The notes under the pieces are model-generated. The model was not told the DNA's origin and did no database searches. It worked only from the letters and a program-made list of their open reading frames with translations. From contig NZ_QLIR01000003.1 in assembly GCF_003428155.1 (NCBI RefSeq), positions 116,549-148,548 of the forward strand: a stretch of 32,000 nt of DNA, read 5' to 3'. The first letter of the stretch is position 1. The number at the start of each line of letters is the position of its first letter. This document shows positions 29,130 through 32,000 of the stretch, in pieces. This DNA comes from Fastidiosibacter lacustris. GTDB lineage: Bacteria; Pseudomonadota; Gammaproteobacteria; Francisellales; Francisellaceae. The position numbers and the translations under genes were made by a program.

Positions 29130-31775
29130 CTAAACGAGCTCCTCTGGGATTTTGATATTCACTATTCTGTTTTCAAGCTCCTGTTTCAATAACACAATTT
29201 CATTTTTTAACTTGCTTCCCGTATAAACCAAGGAATGTTCAAGATTCTGATAGTGAGGCTCTCTAGCGGCGCTAAACCAATTGAAGGAGCCAACACAGTA
29301 GATCATATCATCACAAATCAAAAGCTTACTATGCATTCTACGAATACATTTCACTCCAATGCCAAGGCTTTCTAAGTGTGCCTTATCTTTCAAAAACCGC
29401 TGTTGATATTCATTGCTGATATTGTTTGGATCGGTGTAGATATTGATTTTTACACCACGTTTAACACACTCGATCATAATAGCGTAGGCATTAATAGCTT
29501 GAATTTTTCTTAATTGCATCCAAGGAGAAAAAATATGAACTTCAAACTTTGCCTGACATAAGGTCTTTAACAAGAAATCATCGTGTTCTTTTGCGTTTTC
29601 TATCAAATAAGGATTCGTTTGACTGGTTCTTAAATCGCTTCTTACAAGCCCCTTCAGCTTTGAAAAATAAATTTGCTGGTGTGCGTGCCTAAACAAATAG
29701 TGAGCTAATTTCCCTCTTGGAGTAAACGTATCTGGATTGAACAAATCCATATCACCAAACACGAAAAAGCCATCCTTTGCTCTTGATACCGCAACATTTA
29801 ACATACTTGGGCTCTCATCAATAAACTTTCCATCTGCATGCTTGGAATAAACACTAGAGAAGATAACGATTTCCTTCTCTGCCCCTTGAAGCGAGTGGAT
29901 AGTATCTACAATGATGCCATGACTTTTTTCATTTTTCCCTTCTTCCTTTACTTTTATCTCATATCGAGTGCATGCTTGTTTTAATGCTGCCACTTGAACA
30001 GAAAATGGAGTGATCACAGCAAGCACTGCACCCAAGCCCCCTTCTTGATATTTCGTTGGATATCTTTCTTTGATGAGCTCTTGATTGTCATTTATCCAGG
30101 CGGCAATCGTTTCTGCCTCAAGTAAGTTATAACGACTCCCTCCGCTATCTTGCTCACACCTCCCATCAATATGTAAGTATCTTAATCCTGATAAGTTATC
30201 CTCTGGAGCATTTCCACGCAATGCTGCAAGCTTCCAGTCATAGCATAAATCGTTACAGTACTCGATAATTTCATTATAACAACGGCGGTGTTCATACAGA
30301 TACATACCACGTTCCATACCTGAACTATAGTGATATTTGCTTGCATGTTGTGCGATCATCATAGCACTACCCATTGCAGAGCTTATCCCCAGTTCCTGAA
30401 GCTCTCTGTATTTCTCATCGCTGTTTTCGCCCTTTTGGATAACACCAGATTCAATCAAATTACCAATATCAATATGAGCAGAGGTTGACCATATAGGCTC
30501 TAGCTGACGGGTATCCCCGATCACTAAGGCTTTTTTAGCCAGTGTAAATGCAGCACCCGCAACCTCAGGCAAAACCTGACCTGCTTCATCCACAATCAAT
30601 AAGTCTATCATATTATATAGATACAGATTGGGAGCGTCTTGCCCAGAGTTATTGTGTTCTTTTCCTCGTAGAAACGTTGGAAGCATAAAGCATGTTGAGA
30701 CTGCACAAGGCGTTAGTTTCATTCTACGGCGCCAATCTTCCATAATCTGAGTCTTGCTTTTCTCGTCATCTTTAGTAATTCCATATAATTTTTGACGTTT
30801 AAGATAAGCTTCCATATCTTGTAACCAACGCCCTTCCCAATAATGGGAAGTCAATAAGAAAATTTTGAAGCGAATTTTAGTATCAGCCAGTTCATCAATT
30901 TCCACGATAAACTTTGAAGCAAGCTCTTTAGCGACACCCAGAACTTGAAGGGCAGTCAGATAATTCTGCCATGCGGTTGAAAGCTGGTTTACTTTATCAT
31001 CAACAAATTCTTTCAACTTAGTTAATGACGTAAAATCATCAAACACACCAAAAGCATAACCATTTTCCTTTACCAATCGTTCAATAGATTTTTGTTTTAC
31101 TCTCTTAACAGTAGGTAAAAAATCTACCAACTTATTCCATATGGATTGCTCCGCTAGCTTCTGAGATATTTTCCCTTGAAATTATCCTAATCGACGCTCA
31201 AGCTCTTCATATATGACTTTGGGAATATCAGACTTAGTATCTTTCCGCGTTTCCAATTCAGTTTCAATGGCAATAAAATCACGCCATGCCTGTTCAATCT
31301 GTTTTAACTTCTCCACTTCGGTTTGAAGGGCTCGCTTTAATAAAGTGATGCTCTCATCAATCCCAATCTTATCTTGCTTTTTGAAAGCTTTGTTTGCATG
31401 CTCTAGATAATTACTCTTCGCTTTTTCAAAGTAGCCTGCATTCTCTCTTTCTTTGAAGAACAATTGTGTTTGGTGCGGGCTCTTGTCCTTTATTGTGCTT
31501 CTGGCCATATATATGCCAAAACCATCCCTTTTATTGTCTTTGAAATCGGAAAACCATCTCCCTGAAAATGCTCCAGTGCCTACTGAAAAGTCTCTGCCAA
31601 ATGACTCAAGGATATTGGTCACCGCTTGATTGTTTGACGAGCAAGCCATAATTAAGGGGGGCTCTTCGCCTTTAAGTGCAGCTTCTGCCCAGAGGGTTGC
31701 GACTACCGAAAGCAAAAGCGTTGTCTTTCCTGTGCCAGGAGGTCCATTGACTGCAAGAATATCTCCTGTTGAAGT
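29130..31775 (-). pseudogene. N-terminally truncated, stop-interrupted SF1 (Upf1/COG1112-like) helicase with C-terminal phospholipase D-like domain (track ORFs 29130..31130 and 31182..31715)
   Basis: Manual reading upstream of the 177-aa ORF gives STGDILAVNGPPGTGKTTLLLSVVATLW (Walker A, 31719-31745). Downstream motifs: LLIVDEAGQVLPEVAG, VIGDTRQLEPIW, EHRRCYNEII, VDTIHSLQGAEKEIVIFSS, NVAVSRAKDGFFVFGD, and PLD motif MHSKLLICDDMIYCVGSFNW. In-frame TAA at 31182-31184 and at 31776-31778. Confidence 0.85.
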
Positions 31776-31849
31776 TTAGGAGTATAGATGGATTCTGAGC
31801 TAAAATAGCATATCCAGTGTACTAGATATAATGACTCTTTAACATTAAT

Positions 31850-32000
31850 TTACCTTTCCAATTTTAGCAATTGCTGCTTACAAGCAATACCGCCAGCATA
31901 ACCACCAATTTTTCCGTCTGCTTTAATCACTCGGTGACACGGCACGATAATACATATCGGGTTTTTAGCATTTGCAGTTCCTACTGCACGGACAGCTTTT
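31850..32000 (-). CDS. ogt: Methylated-DNA--protein-cysteine methyltransferase (Ogt type), C-terminal part; 5' end outside the window
   Basis: Manual translation: [49 protein letters not shown], containing the PCHR active site. Confidence 0.93.
   Translation of the reverse strand, partial: KAVRAVGTANAKNPICIIVPCHRVIKADGKIGGYAGGIACKQQLLKLER

Overview
Ordinary gammaproteobacterial housekeeping DNA; a Legionellales-like origin is inference only. It includes NAD(P)H-hydrate repair (window edge), a UPF0149/YecA protein, an NCS2 purine permease, a giant NAD-glutamate dehydrogenase, a PilV/PilW-like pseudopilin pair, a FAH-family hydrolase, erpA, pnp-rpsO, pyrE, tldD, yciO, yciB, the rpsB-tsf-pyrH-frr-uppS-cdsA cluster, an aromatic amino acid permease, rsmE, rplU-rpmA and an Ogt-type methyltransferase (edge). 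I see no CRISPR array, tRNA or transposase. Points worth a second look: (1) a 608-aa ORF fusing an MTA/MTI-phosphorylase-like domain with altered catalytic positions to an intact-looking HSL-type serine hydrolase; (2) an N-terminally truncated, stop-interrupted SF1 helicase + PLD gene resembling single-protein Mokosh-type defence genes; (3) a remnant DNA methyltransferase lacking its SAM-binding motif I, overlapped by the end of a small broken ORF; (4) a perfect 28-bp palindrome plus a third half-site between an orphan HmuV-like ATPase and an ArsR-type regulator. No complete new multi-gene system is demonstrable here. The strongest candidates are the fusion protein and the ArsR/ATPase divergon.
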